Source: an uncultured bacterium
Lineage (GTDB): Bacteria; Eisenbacteria; RBG-16-71-46; CAIMUX01; WJJG01
Length of the DNA: 64,000 nt
Assembly: GCA_964654025.1 (NCBI GenBank)
Contig: CAZZIF010000002.1
Location: 883-64,882 of the forward strand
Direction of reading: 5' to 3'
Under the pieces are notes generated by a model. It did not search any database and was not told the origin of the DNA. It worked only from the letters and a program-made list of their open reading frames with translations. Position 1 is the stretch's first letter. Each line of letters begins with the position of its first letter. Shown here in pieces: positions 8,592 to 18,360 of the stretch. The position numbers and the translations under genes are program-made.

Positions 8592-11500
8592 CTACCGGGG
8601 TATAGGGGGGTAGGGCGGCGCCTCGGGCATGGGCCTCGGGTCGTCTTCGATGAGCCTGCGCAGATGCTCGATCGCCCGATCCAGCTGCGCGTCTTCCCCT
8701 TCGAATGCCGCGTGGGGCAGGTTGTCCACCACGATGTCCGGTTCCACGCCGTGCCCCTCGATGAGCCACTCACCCTCCGGTCCATACACCCCGAACTCGG
8801 CCGCGGTGACAATCCCATGGTCGACCAGCCGGTTGCTGCTCGTGAGCCAAACCTCACCACCCCACGTGCGCGTCCCAATGATCTTGCCCAGCCCCAGGCG
8901 GCGGAACCCTTCGGCCAGCGCTTCGCCATCAGATTGCGTGTACTCGTCCACCAGGATCACCATGTGGCCCCGGAAGGCGTACTGCATGTTCGAATAGGGT
9001 TCTCCCGTTCGCGGCTGCCAGTACATCCATGCCCGCCGAAGCAGCTTCCCCAGGATCCAGCTGTCAATGTTGCCGCCGGTATTGTGGCGAGCATCGATGA
9101 TGAGCCCCTGGCGGTTGAAGACCGGGTAGAACTCCCTCACCCAGTCGCCCATGTCCTGGCGGCCCATCGAGCGCAGGTGGACATAGCCGATCGTTCCCTC
9201 ACCAGCCTCCTCTACCCTCTCGCGACGCGTCAGCTCCCACTCGTCGTAGCGCAAGTCCCATTCCGAGCGCACCGGAATGGGCTCGACAATGACGTCACGG
9301 ATCGTGCGATCGCCGGGAGAGCGAACCTGGAGCCGCACGTCGCGCCCGGCCTGGTTGTGAAGTAGAGCCCCCACATGAGGCGCCTCGAGCGTCGGGACAC
9401 CATTGAGCGTGAGGATCACATCGCCTTCCGCAATGCCCACGCCCGGACGCGTGAGCGGTCCCCGTTCATCGGGCCGGTCGGGATCGGTTCGGTAGATGCG
9501 CTCGACGCGATAGCCTCCCTCCTGGGGCGAGCGGACCAAGACGGCGCCGAGCGAGCCCAACGGTGGTGGGTTGTCCGCTTCGCGATGATCGCCACCGTAG
9601 ACCCACGTGTGCAGCGTGCCGAGTTCGCTGGCCATCGCGGCCTGCAGATCACTCAGCTCTTCCCGGGTCGTGACCCGGGCGACCAAGGGCAGGTACTTCT
9701 CGAGAGTGGCGTTCCAGTCGAGACCGCGCATTTCCGGGTCCCAGAAGTAGTCGCGTTGGAGGCGCCAGGACTCGATGAACATCTGCTTCCACAGCTCGTG
9801 CGGCCGGATTGTAAAGGTGAGATCGGTCAAGTCCACACGATCCGCGGAGCGATCGGGCTCTTGGCCGGCCTGCGCATCCGTGACGAAGAACGCATCGTCC
9901 TCCCGGATCATGATTCGCTTGCCATCGCTCGACAAAACGTAGCCGGTGGCAGCCGGGGAGAGCACGGTCTTGGCCGTGTCCGGGTCTCCGATCTCCATGG
10001 TGACGAGCGCGCCCTTACCCCAGGAAGGCCCAGCATGTCTCATCCAGAAGAGGCGGGAGCCGGCGACGGAGAGCCGGGAGTAGTTGCCGGGCGGTACGGG
10101 CACCTTCTGCAGATGGGCCTCGATTGCCTCGAGTTCGATCGCGATCGGCCCCGGGGCGGCGTCGGGTTTGGCGTTGGCTCTAGCGGTGCGTTCCTCCGAC
10201 CCGCTACCCGACCCACTACGCATCCGGCTGCCCATCCGGCTGCCCGTTCCGTTGCGCGCTCCGTTGCCCGTTCCACAGCCTGCTCCGCCGTCCGTTCCGC
10301 CGTCTGCCGTGCCGGCCGCGCTGCCGACGGACAGCTCGTCCGGTTCCCGGAACGGTGAGCGAAGATCGGATTGGAGTGGCAGCATGTAGATCTCGGTTTG
10401 ATCGGGGAAGTAAGGGTCCGGCTGGCGGCTTCCCCACGGGCCGTAGACCTCCGAGACGAAATGCCGGTTCGATAAGAAGTAGATCCACTCACCCTTGGGG
10501 TCGAACCGGCCGCTCCAGCTGTCGTAGCGATCCGTCGTGATGGGCCGGGTCTCGCCGCGCTCCACGCTGTAGAGGTGGATCTGGCCAAACGAAGTCTCGG
10601 CGTTCTTCGAGTAGACGAGCCAGCGGCTATCCGGCGACCAGCTCGCCTCTTCCAGACCAGCGTGGGGAGCGCTGTCGATCAGGGTGTTCTCGCCGGTCTC
10701 GAGATCGTGAAGCCAGATCTGTCGGTCGTGATCGGTATAGGCGAGGTAGCGTCCGTCTGGTGAGACGGTGCCGCGCAGGCGCAGGACTTCCCCATCATCG
10801 GTCAACTGCTCCGGTTCTTCCATGCCATCGGCCGCATAGCGCCACCATTCCACCTCGCCGCTGGCGTCCGAGAGCGTGAAAATGTGCCGGCCATCGGGAC
10901 CGAACATGGCCTGCCGGCAGCGGATGTCCTTGCGCCGGGTCACCTCGACGAGGCGGCCCGGTCCGGTGGGAACGACGAACACCTGGCCATAGATCGTGAG
11001 CACCAGACGGTCTCCATCCGGCGAAATGGCGGCATGGGACAGGTGCTCGAGCGGCTCTTCCACCCAGCGTTCGCGTTTCTGATCGAAGTCACTGCTGAGC
11101 ACGATCGGAAGCCGGCGCGTGGCATCCTCGGCGATGTCGTACAGGTACAGGTCCGCTCCGAGCTGGTAGGCAATGCGACCGCTGGAGAGCGAAGGGGACT
11201 TGACCTCCCAGCCGTCATGATGGGTGTGTTGGCGGAGATCGCGCCCGTCTGGAAGCATCGACCAGATGTTCAGGGTAGCGTCCCGATCGGAGACGAAATA
11301 GACCCGGCCCTCCCAGCACATGGGGTCGCGACTCGTTCCCGGGTAGGAAGCGGTGAGCGCAAGCGCTTCTTCATCGCCCAAGCGATAGCGCCACAGATTC
11401 TGCGCGGTCCCGCCGCGGTAGTACTTCGTGTGGCTGCCGTGAAAGGCGAGTCGTGTGAAGAAGAGCACCTCCCCATCGGGGTCGAAGCAGCCTTGGGCGG

Positions 11501-12059
11501 CCTGCGCCAGCGGAATCCGTTCCACATCATGGGATGCCAGGTCCAGGAGGGCGAGCTGGGTGTTCGGAAGACACGAGAACTTGCGTGTGCTGTAGAGCAG
11601 GCGCCCGTCGGGGGCCCAGCCCTGTACTCTGGCTCGTTCGCCCTCGAAGGTCCGCCGAACCGGCAGGCCCCCCGCGAGCGGCATGGTGTAGACCTCCGAG
11701 GCGCCCTCATAGCGTCCAGTGAAGGCCAAGGTGCTGCCATCGGGCGAGATTGCCGGATGGGATTCCTCTTCCAGGTGAGTGGTCATACGCCGGGCGGGCG
11801 CCGAAGAGTCGATCTGCCACTGCCACAGGTCACCCTCGGCAGCGAAGACCAAGGTGTCGCCGTACAGGGCCGGGTAGCGGTAATACCCGGTGGGGGCGGC
11901 CATCGGGACGGTGGCGGTGCCACAGACGGCCAGAAGAAGGACCACGGCGACAACCGTCATGGCCGGCCAAGAGCCAGCCGGCGACCATGGGCGTTCCGCG
12001 CGGCATCGTAACTGGTATCCGTGGCGCCAGGGTGCTCGATCTTGGCGGGTAGCGGACAT
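8592..12059 (-). CDS. Tricorn protease homolog (beta-propellers + PDZ + S41 peptidase domain), with an internal Gly/Ser/Thr-rich insertion
   Basis: 1155 aa. N-terminus YRYPALYGDTLVFAAEGDLWQ and HPAISPDGSTLAF (tricorn beta-propeller). C-terminal RHNTGGNID and GHGVEPD (S41). AAGGAG RBS 6 nt before the ATG at 12059. Low-complexity insert GSAAGTADGGTDGGAGCGTGNGARNGTGSRMGSRMRSGSGSGS maps to ~10180-10330. Confidence 0.8.
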   Translation of the reverse strand: MSATRQDRAPWRHGYQLRCRAERPWSPAGSWPAMTVVAVVLLLAVCGTATVPMAAPTGYYRYPALYGDTLVFAAEGDLWQWQIDSSAPARRMTTHLEEESHPAISPDGSTLAFTGRYEGASEVYTMPLAGGLPVRRTFEGERARVQGWAPDGRLLYSTRKFSCLPNTQLALLDLASHDVERIPLAQAAQGCFDPDGEVLFFTRLAFHGSHTKYYRGGTAQNLWRYRLGDEEALALTASYPGTSRDPMCWEGRVYFVSDRDATLNIWSMLPDGRDLRQHTHHDGWEVKSPSLSSGRIAYQLGADLYLYDIAEDATRRLPIVLSSDFDQKRERWVEEPLEHLSHAAISPDGDRLVLTIYGQVFVVPTGPGRLVEVTRRKDIRCRQAMFGPDGRHIFTLSDASGEVEWWRYAADGMEEPEQLTDDGEVLRLRGTVSPDGRYLAYTDHDRQIWLHDLETGENTLIDSAPHAGLEEASWSPDSRWLVYSKNAETSFGQIHLYSVERGETRPITTDRYDSWSGRFDPKGEWIYFLSNRHFVSEVYGPWGSRQPDPYFPDQTEIYMLPLQSDLRSPFREPDELSVGSAAGTADGGTDGGAGCGTGNGARNGTGSRMGSRMRSGSGSGSEERTARANAKPDAAPGPIAIELEAIEAHLQKVPVPPGNYSRLSVAGSRLFWMRHAGPSWGKGALVTMEIGDPDTAKTVLSPAATGYVLSSDGKRIMIREDDAFFVTDAQAGQEPDRSADRVDLTDLTFTIRPHELWKQMFIESWRLQRDYFWDPEMRGLDWNATLEKYLPLVARVTTREELSDLQAAMASELGTLHTWVYGGDHREADNPPPLGSLGAVLVRSPQEGGYRVERIYRTDPDRPDERGPLTRPGVGIAEGDVILTLNGVPTLEAPHVGALLHNQAGRDVRLQVRSPGDRTIRDVIVEPIPVRSEWDLRYDEWELTRRERVEEAGEGTIGYVHLRSMGRQDMGDWVREFYPVFNRQGLIIDARHNTGGNIDSWILGKLLRRAWMYWQPRTGEPYSNMQYAFRGHMVILVDEYTQSDGEALAEGFRRLGLGKIIGTRTWGGEVWLTSSNRLVDHGIVTAAEFGVYGPEGEWLIEGHGVEPDIVVDNLPHAAFEGEDAQLDRAIEHLRRLIEDDPRPMPEAPPYPPIPR

Positions 12060-12132
12060 GGACAGCTCCTTCTTGGGATCATGGAAGGTTCGGGTCGCCG
12101 GGGATTCTAACGCAGGACCGTAGAGCGGTCAT

Positions 12133-12210
12133 CTGCAGAGAGGCAGCCGGCGGAGAGGCCACCCGCAGTGAGGCAGCCCGCGGTGAGTCCCCCGCGGGGA
12201 GGCCCTCCGC
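12133..12210. repeat. Degenerate ~15-bp tandem repeat (GWGAGGCMSCCSGCG) x ~5 in divergent intergenic region
   Basis: Direct reading between the tricorn start (12059, -) and the MATE start (12350, +). Confidence 0.6.
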
Positions 12211-12349
12211 CGACGCCGGGCGGCTGCCCACCGGTCGTAGCCATGCCCCCCCGCGCATCCGGCTAGCCGTTGCCGGTACGGATTGCTATAGTGTGCCGGC
12301 TTTGCTTGATACGCACAGGCAATCCTCCAGGCAGAAGGAAGAACACCCC

Positions 12350-13735
12350 ATGGCCCGCGTCGCTGATCGCGTCGCTCCTCGCACCGCCAAAGCGTACGAT
12401 CACACGGAAGGTTCGATCATCGGATCGATTCTGCGTATGGGTGTTCCCTCGATGATCGGGTTCGCGTTGGGGAACATCTATGATCTGGTCGACATGTACT
12501 GGCTTTCGCGACTCGGGCCCGGACCGGTGGCGGCGATCACGATCCTGAGCCCACTCCTGTGGGTGGTTCATTCGGCCAACATGATCGTGGGCGCCGGATC
12601 GGTGGCGATCATCTCCCGCCGCTACGGCGAGAAGAACCCGTTGCAAACGGCGCTGGCCATCCGCGAGACGATCCTGCTCAAGTGGATCGCGGCGATCGCG
12701 TTCGGTCTGCTGGGCTATGCCAGCGCACCACTGGTGATGCGCTGGCTGGGCGCCGAAGGCAGTGTGCTCGACCAGGCGGTCATCTATGGACGGATCATCT
12801 TCCTGGGATTGGGCTTCAATTTCGCAACCTACTCGGTGTTCACCGCCATGCGCGGGATCGCCAATCCCAACCTCGCCATGGGGCTGATGATATCGTTGAA
12901 CGTGCTCAACATGCTGCTCGATCCGGTTCTCATCTTCGGGTGGTGGATCTTCCCCGCCCTGGGAGTGGCTGGCGCCGCGTGGGCTTCGGTCATCTCCTAC
13001 GCGCTCTCCTTTTCGGCGGGCATGCTGCTGCTCTCGTCGGGCCGGACGAACGTCCGGCTGAGCCAGACGAACCGCCGGCCCATTCAGTGGGCCATCATGG
13101 GCAGCATTCTGAAGATCGGGACCCCTTCGGCCATTGGATCAGTGTCCTTCTCTCTGGCACGCACGGTTGTGATGCCCCTGGTAGCCCTCTTCGGGACGGG
13201 CGTCCTGGCAGCCTACGGTGTGGTGACCCGCGTATCTGCCTTCGGCATCATGCTGCTGGTGGGCATTGGGCTCGGTCTGTCCGCTCTGATCGGCCACAAC
13301 CTGGGGGCCGGCAAACGTGAGCGCGCCGAGCGAACCGCCCACCAGGCGATTCTTCTCTCCGTCGGCATCATGATTGGAATGGGGCTGCTCTGTTTCGTCG
13401 GCGCCGAGTTCATCATGCGCCGTTTCTTCGATGAACCCGAGATCGTGGCCCACGGGGTCTCCTTCCTGCGCATTCTGGCCGTCGGCTTTCCCTTCCTGGG
13501 CATTCACTTGGCGGTGGAGAATGTCTACAGCGGGGTCGGGGAGAATCGACCCGCGATGACGGTGAACATTCTTCATTCCTGGGTGCTCGAGGTCCCGGTG
13601 ATCTATCTCTTCGTCAAGGTGTTCGAGTGGGGGCCGGACTCGATCTGGTGGGCCTTCACGGGAGCATCGATTGTCTCGGCGGCAGGCTACTACCTCTATT
13701 TCCGGCGGGGCCGCTGGCTCGATGTCAAGGTGTAG
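12350..13735 (+). CDS. MATE family efflux transporter
   Basis: 12 predicted TM helices. MATE N-terminal motif ILRMGVPSMIGFALGNIYDLVDMYWLSRLG. GAAGGAAG upstream of the ATG at 12350 (the ORF-track start at 12293 has no RBS). Confidence 0.85.
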   Translation: MARVADRVAPRTAKAYDHTEGSIIGSILRMGVPSMIGFALGNIYDLVDMYWLSRLGPGPVAAITILSPLLWVVHSANMIVGAGSVAIISRRYGEKNPLQTALAIRETILLKWIAAIAFGLLGYASAPLVMRWLGAEGSVLDQAVIYGRIIFLGLGFNFATYSVFTAMRGIANPNLAMGLMISLNVLNMLLDPVLIFGWWIFPALGVAGAAWASVISYALSFSAGMLLLSSGRTNVRLSQTNRRPIQWAIMGSILKIGTPSAIGSVSFSLARTVVMPLVALFGTGVLAAYGVVTRVSAFGIMLLVGIGLGLSALIGHNLGAGKRERAERTAHQAILLSVGIMIGMGLLCFVGAEFIMRRFFDEPEIVAHGVSFLRILAVGFPFLGIHLAVENVYSGVGENRPAMTVNILHSWVLEVPVIYLFVKVFEWGPDSIWWAFTGASIVSAAGYYLYFRRGRWLDVKV

Positions 13736-13763
13736 CCGGAAGGGGGCCCCCTGGGGCGGTACA

Positions 13764-14783
13764 TCAGATCACGTGGACTAAGGCCAGGTCCTCTTCCTCC
13801 ATCTCATCCGCAGAATCCGCAAACGCCGGTTGCTTGCCCAGCCTACGCAGCGTCTCCTCGATGCGGTCCGCGCGGCCCCAGTCGCACCACTCCATGCCGG
13901 TCAGGGGCAAGACGACGGTGCGCTGGTGGGCTCGCGCAAGGATGTGCCTCGAAAAGCAGTGTTGCGGCAAGGTCGTGTAGGCCTGCTGGAGGAAGCTGCG
14001 CGCCCGCCGCGCGGTACCGGGGCGTACATGGACGATCCGCAGCAGTCGGCGCAGCGTGTCGAATGGATCGATGAGGGTGGGATACCAGGCGCGCCCCAGC
14101 GACCAAAGCGTTCGGGCGGCCGTGATGGTGATCATCGTGTTCCACAGCGCTCCGTTGCGGTAGAGATCGCGGGCCTCTGATGGCGGCGGCTTCTCGATGA
14201 ACTGCCGGACTGCGCGCAGACTCCGCGTTCCACGCCGGGACACAACTTGGGAACCCGGCACGATCCAACCGTAGTCGCTCTCGGCGCGGTCGGCGGGAGC
14301 GCCGGCCAGGAGGATGCGGTCCGGTGCGGAATGGGCCGTCGCGATCGCTTCCCACATGGTGCGGACGAATGTGCCTTCGGGGTGGACGTAGTGGTCCGAT
14401 GGCATCAGGACCACGATCGCCTGGGGATCGCGCGCCAAGATGTGAGCCAGCGCGAGGTAGACGCCCGCGGCCGTGCCGCGATTGCGCGGTTGGCGGATCC
14501 AGTGCCCCGGTTTGGGCTGCCGGACTGCGTCGGACAGGTACCGTTCATGTTCTGGGGCGATGACGGTGACCATGCGCTCAGCGGGAACCATCTTCCGGGC
14601 CCGATCCAGGGTGTGCTGAAGCATCGAGCGCTTCCCCACGAAGGTACAGTACTGCTTGGGGCGTGGCTCGCCGAGCCAGGCCTCGATCGTGCTCGTCAAC
14701 CGCTGGCCGTCTCCGCCGGCCAGTACGACCGCCCACGTGCGCCGGCGCGCACGGTGGGTCCCGAGCTGGTGAAGCTGAATCAT
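13764..14783 (-). CDS. Sugar-phosphate nucleotidyltransferase (mannose-1-phosphate guanylyltransferase-like, no isomerase domain)
   Basis: VVLAGGDGQRLTS (the NTP_transferase G-rich loop) and PKQYCTFVGKRSMLQHTLDRA resemble ManC/GDP-mannose pyrophosphorylase. Confidence 0.6.
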   Translation of the reverse strand: MIQLHQLGTHRARRRTWAVVLAGGDGQRLTSTIEAWLGEPRPKQYCTFVGKRSMLQHTLDRARKMVPAERMVTVIAPEHERYLSDAVRQPKPGHWIRQPRNRGTAAGVYLALAHILARDPQAIVVLMPSDHYVHPEGTFVRTMWEAIATAHSAPDRILLAGAPADRAESDYGWIVPGSQVVSRRGTRSLRAVRQFIEKPPPSEARDLYRNGALWNTMITITAARTLWSLGRAWYPTLIDPFDTLRRLLRIVHVRPGTARRARSFLQQAYTTLPQHCFSRHILARAHQRTVVLPLTGMEWCDWGRADRIEETLRRLGKQPAFADSADEMEEEDLALVHVI

Positions 14784-14944
14784 CGGGGCTCCTCGCTGAA
14801 TGTGTTCTTCCTCGTCCTTGAGTCACATGCAGCCATGATGCGAGACCAGCTCGAAGGTCTCCATCGGGAGCGCGCGGTTGCGGTGCTCAGGTGATCCCCG
14901 ACCACGCTTTTTCGAGGAATAGCCCCCGCTGGTCAGCAGCCAGT

Positions 14945-15036
14945 GAGGTTCGCGGTGGTGAGCAAGCGAGGTGCGCGGTGGTGAGCAAGCGAGGTGCGCG
15001 GTGGTGAGCCAGCGAAGGTTCCCGGTGGTGAACCGG
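14945..15036. repeat. 23-bp tandem repeat (GAGGTGCGCGGTGGTGAGCAAGC) x4
   Basis: Direct reading in the divergent intergenic region between 14783 (-) and 15189 (+). Confidence 0.85.
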
Positions 15037-15188
15037 CCATGAGCCCGGGTCAAGAGCCAGCTGCGGATCGGAACTCCCCCGATTGTTCGTGCCCGTTTCC
15101 CTGGGCAGCCTGAGCAAGTGAAGCGTGGGGCGATTCGCGTCCCCTGGAAACGGAATGTGGTCGGGTGCCGACGGGTGGGAGGACTCGA

Positions 15189-16403
15189 ATGGACGTGCAC
15201 GATCTGGTCCGCAGTCTGCGTCAAGATGCCGAAACCAAGATCATCTTGCTCGTTTCCGACGGTTTGGGCGGCCTCTCCGAACGCCCGGAAGGAGGGCCGA
15301 CGGAGCTCGAAGCGGCCGAAACCCCGCACCTGGATGAGATGGCGGCCCAGGGAAGTTCGGGTCTGCTGCAACCGGTCTTGCCGGGCATCACGACCGGTAG
15401 CGGGCCGGGACACCTCGCGCTCTTCGGCTACGATCCCCTCCGCTACGTGATCGGACGCGGCGTGCTTTCCGCCCTGGGCGCCGGATTCGACCTTCGGCCA
15501 GGCGATGTCGCCGCCCGCGGAAATTTCTGCACCGTGGACGAGCAGGATGCGATCATAGACCGGCGGGCGGGGCGCATTTCTACCGAGGTAGCCAGGGAGC
15601 GCATCGAGCTACTGCGCACGTGCGAACTCGAGAATGTCGAGCTGTTTGTCGAGCCAGTGCGCGACTACCGGTTCACGCTGGTTCTGCGGGGTGAAGATCT
15701 GGGGGCGGAGATCAACGATACCGATCCCCAGAAGACCGGCCTGACACCGCGGGTGCCCGAGGGCCGAGACGATGCGTCGAAACGCACCGCCGAACACTTG
15801 AGAGGCTTCTTGCGACATGCGCGTGAGAAGCTGCACGATGACTCCCCGGCCAACATGGTCGTCCTGCGAGGCTTTTCGAAGCTGCCGGATTGGCCCACTT
15901 TCGGAGACATCTACGGGCTGAAGGCGTGCGCCATCGCAACCTACCCGATGTACCGGGGTCTCGCCCGATTGCTGGACATGCAGGTCGTCGTGGGCGAGGA
16001 TGCCGATCTGGGCGGCCAGGTCGATGCCCTCATCGAGGCCTGGCATTCGTTCGACTTCTTCTTTCTTCACTACAAGGATACCGATAGCCGGGGCGAAGAC
16101 GGAGACTTCCGGGCCAAGGTCGGGGAAATCGAGAAACTGGATGCGAGCATCGGCGCCGTCCGCTGCCTGGCCCCGGATGTCATGATGGTGACCGGGGATC
16201 ACAGCACGCCCAGCCGGCTGCGCAGTCACAGCTGGCATCCCGTGCCCCTCGTGATGACGAGTGAGGCTTGCCGTGTAGACGGCTGCACGCGCTTCGGCGA
16301 GACCGAATGTGGTGAACGGGGTGGTCTGGGACACTTCGAAGCGAAACACCTGATGACCCTGGCCATGGCGCATGCCGGGAGGCTGGCCAAGTACGGGGCT
16401 TGA
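15189..16403 (+). CDS. apgM: Cofactor-independent phosphoglycerate mutase, archaeal-type (ApgM family)
   Basis: GGGAGG RBS 6 nt before the ATG at 15189. ILLVSDGLGG metal/Ser region and DHSTP motif near the C-terminus, typical of the ApgM/phosphonopyruvate decarboxylase-related family. Confidence 0.8.
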   Translation: MDVHDLVRSLRQDAETKIILLVSDGLGGLSERPEGGPTELEAAETPHLDEMAAQGSSGLLQPVLPGITTGSGPGHLALFGYDPLRYVIGRGVLSALGAGFDLRPGDVAARGNFCTVDEQDAIIDRRAGRISTEVARERIELLRTCELENVELFVEPVRDYRFTLVLRGEDLGAEINDTDPQKTGLTPRVPEGRDDASKRTAEHLRGFLRHAREKLHDDSPANMVVLRGFSKLPDWPTFGDIYGLKACAIATYPMYRGLARLLDMQVVVGEDADLGGQVDALIEAWHSFDFFFLHYKDTDSRGEDGDFRAKVGEIEKLDASIGAVRCLAPDVMMVTGDHSTPSRLRSHSWHPVPLVMTSEACRVDGCTRFGETECGERGGLGHFEAKHLMTLAMAHAGRLAKYGA

Positions 16404-16662
16404 GATGCGCATGGGTGAGCACATGGATGTGGAGTCTCAGAGCAGAATCTCAGACCATTGGACGGAACGATCTTCTTCTGGATGAGGGAATCCCTTGGTG
16501 CGGTATGGGGTCCAACCCGGATTGCGTTACCCGCGTGAGACGTGTGGAGTACCGCATCTCGAGGGGCACCACGCGCGCCCGAGCGCACGGGGATACCGCC
16601 AGGCAACCGGAGACCTGGCCGCGAGTGTAGGCATGCCGCGTCACGGAGGTCCTGTGTATTCA

Positions 16663-17640
16663 ATGATGAAGGAGACAATCGAGCTTGCGCGCCCACGGCA
16701 GGTCGCGGTCGTGGGCGCCACGGGACCGACGGGCCGGCACCTCGTGGAGCATGTCCGCAAACGTGGCCACGCCGTGCTCGCGATCTCGCGCTCGGAGGGG
16801 AACCTGAAGCGTTGCTTTGGCGGCAGGAACGTCCGCACGGCCGTTTCGGACGCCGCCGACCGCTCGTCTCTAGGCCAGACGGTGGCAGGATCGGACATCG
16901 TCGTCGATTGCATCGGATTGCCACCGGATCGCATGCAAGACCACCCGAAGATCGCCCAGGCCATCGCCGAGGCGGCCGACGACGTCGGCGCCCGGGTGGT
17001 GCAGATCTCGAGCTTCTGGTCATTCCTGCCGCTCGAGCGCGAGCCTCTCGACGAGACCCATCCGCGCGTGGGGGGCAGCGAGTATTCGATGGCGCGCAGG
17101 GAAGCCGAAGATGTCATGCTCGAAGCCAAAGCGGCGGTTGTTCACCTTCCGGACTTCTTCGGGCCCTGGGTGCACTCGAGCACGTTGCAGCGAGCCCTGG
17201 AGGAAGCTGTCCAAGGCAAGCCGATCATGTGCATCGGGCCGAGCGAGAACCACCGGGAGTACATCTTCGTCCCCGATGCCATGAAACTGGTCACCGATCT
17301 CATGGAACATGACGAAGCCTATGGTGAATCATGGGTATTCCCGGGGTCAGGACCGCTGAGTATGAAAGATGCCGCCCGCATCGCGGGACGGCATCTGGGG
17401 CGCGATCTGAAGGTCCGCGCCGCACCCGGATGGCTGCTCAAGGCGATGAGTCCGTTCTCACAGGACTTGAAGGCCTTCCGTCCCATGCTTGATGACTACG
17501 TCCGGCCCATCACCTACAGCGGGCAGCGTCTTCGTGATCTACTCGGTGCGGTGGAGATCACACCCTACGACGAAGCGATCCGCATCACCCTGGACTGGCT
17601 GCGTGACCGGGAGACGGCCGACGAAGTCGCTGCGAGCTAG
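16663..17640 (+). CDS. NAD(P)-dependent epimerase/dehydratase (atypical SDR / NmrA-like)
   Basis: VAVVGATGPTGRHLV Rossmann motif. The ATG pair at 16663 with GGAGG upstream supports a shorter start than the ORF track. Confidence 0.7.
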   Translation: MMKETIELARPRQVAVVGATGPTGRHLVEHVRKRGHAVLAISRSEGNLKRCFGGRNVRTAVSDAADRSSLGQTVAGSDIVVDCIGLPPDRMQDHPKIAQAIAEAADDVGARVVQISSFWSFLPLEREPLDETHPRVGGSEYSMARREAEDVMLEAKAAVVHLPDFFGPWVHSSTLQRALEEAVQGKPIMCIGPSENHREYIFVPDAMKLVTDLMEHDEAYGESWVFPGSGPLSMKDAARIAGRHLGRDLKVRAAPGWLLKAMSPFSQDLKAFRPMLDDYVRPITYSGQRLRDLLGAVEITPYDEAIRITLDWLRDRETADEVAAS

Positions 17641-17695
17641 TTCCGGCATGCCGAGATGCGGCGCGATGCGACCCGGCCCGACGTCCACTGCTGGG

Positions 17696-18253
17696 TCACG
17701 ACTGCGTCACCCGTACGGTCGTGGCCTGGGGACCCTCCAGGGCCTGTGCTTCGGCGAACGCTACCGGTGTGCCAATGCTCAGCGCATCGAACTCTTCGTT
17801 GAGCACGCTATTGCGATGGAAGTAGATCTCCCGGCCGTCGACGGTCTTGATGAATCCGTAGTCCTTGTCCGGATAGATCTGGCTCACGAGGGCTTGGGCC
17901 TGCTGCTCCGGATGGACCTTGATCTCGCCCCGCTGCCGCTCGACGATCTCCGTGACCCGCCGGCGCGCCGTATCGAATGCCCGCCGAATGACGGTCTCGA
18001 CGGGTTCGTGCATCTGTCCCTGGCCGGGCTCGCGCGATACGACGATCTCGTGCCCCGGCGGGATTTGCATGTTCACACGGACGCGGTAGGAAGAACCGGC
18101 GTCCTGGTGGGCTTGCGGCTTTTCGATGGCCACCCTGCAACTGGTGAGGTAGTCACAAACCTGCTCGAGCTTGCCGACTTTCTCCTCGACGAGCGCGACC
18201 AGATGCGGATCTCGGCGGAGATTGCGGAAGCTGAGTTCCAGCGGGACCTGCAT
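17696..18253 (-). CDS. Ribosome-hibernation-factor-like (HPF/RaiA/YfiA) domain fused to a C-terminal cold-shock (CspA-like) domain
   Basis: AGGAGG RBS 6 nt upstream of the ATG at 18253. The N-terminus MQVPLELSFRNLRRDPHLVALVEEKVGKLEQ resembles the sigma-54 modulation/HPF fold. The C-terminus DYGFIKTVDGREIYFHRNSVLNEEFDALSIGTPVAFAEAQALEGPQATTV resembles the CSD RNP motifs. The ORF-track N-terminal extension runs into a repeat array. Confidence 0.55.
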   Translation of the reverse strand: MQVPLELSFRNLRRDPHLVALVEEKVGKLEQVCDYLTSCRVAIEKPQAHQDAGSSYRVRVNMQIPPGHEIVVSREPGQGQMHEPVETVIRRAFDTARRRVTEIVERQRGEIKVHPEQQAQALVSQIYPDKDYGFIKTVDGREIYFHRNSVLNEEFDALSIGTPVAFAEAQALEGPQATTVRVTQS

Positions 18254-18264
18254 GCGTGCCTCCT

Positions 18265-18360
18265 GTGGATTGTGGCTGTGGATTCGGGCAGTGGATTCGG
18301 GCGGTGGGTTCGGGTCCTCGGTTCGGGTCCTCGGTTCGGGTCGTGGGATCGCGTCGTGGG
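18265..18360. repeat. Degenerate 13-bp tandem repeat (GTGGRTTCGGGYS) x ~8 in the shared 5' region of the HPF-CSD gene and treZ
   Basis: Direct reading. Confidence 0.8.

Noticed and set aside
8334-9365. 343-aa plus-strand ORF (and several others at 9375-10358, 10884-12011) antisense to the tricorn protease gene
   Set aside because: These are typical spurious long antisense ORFs in GC-rich DNA. They have no RBS and low-complexity Arg/Pro/Gly composition, and the opposite strand encodes a full-length conserved protease.
14823-15413. 196-aa minus-strand ORF in the nucleotidyltransferase/apgM intergenic region
   Set aside because: It spans the 23-bp tandem repeat array and a divergent promoter region. 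It has no RBS or family resemblance, and partly overlaps the apgM start on the opposite strand.
16226-17023. 265-aa Pro/Arg-rich minus-strand ORF
   Set aside because: It is antisense to the well-supported epimerase/dehydratase gene and has low-complexity composition.
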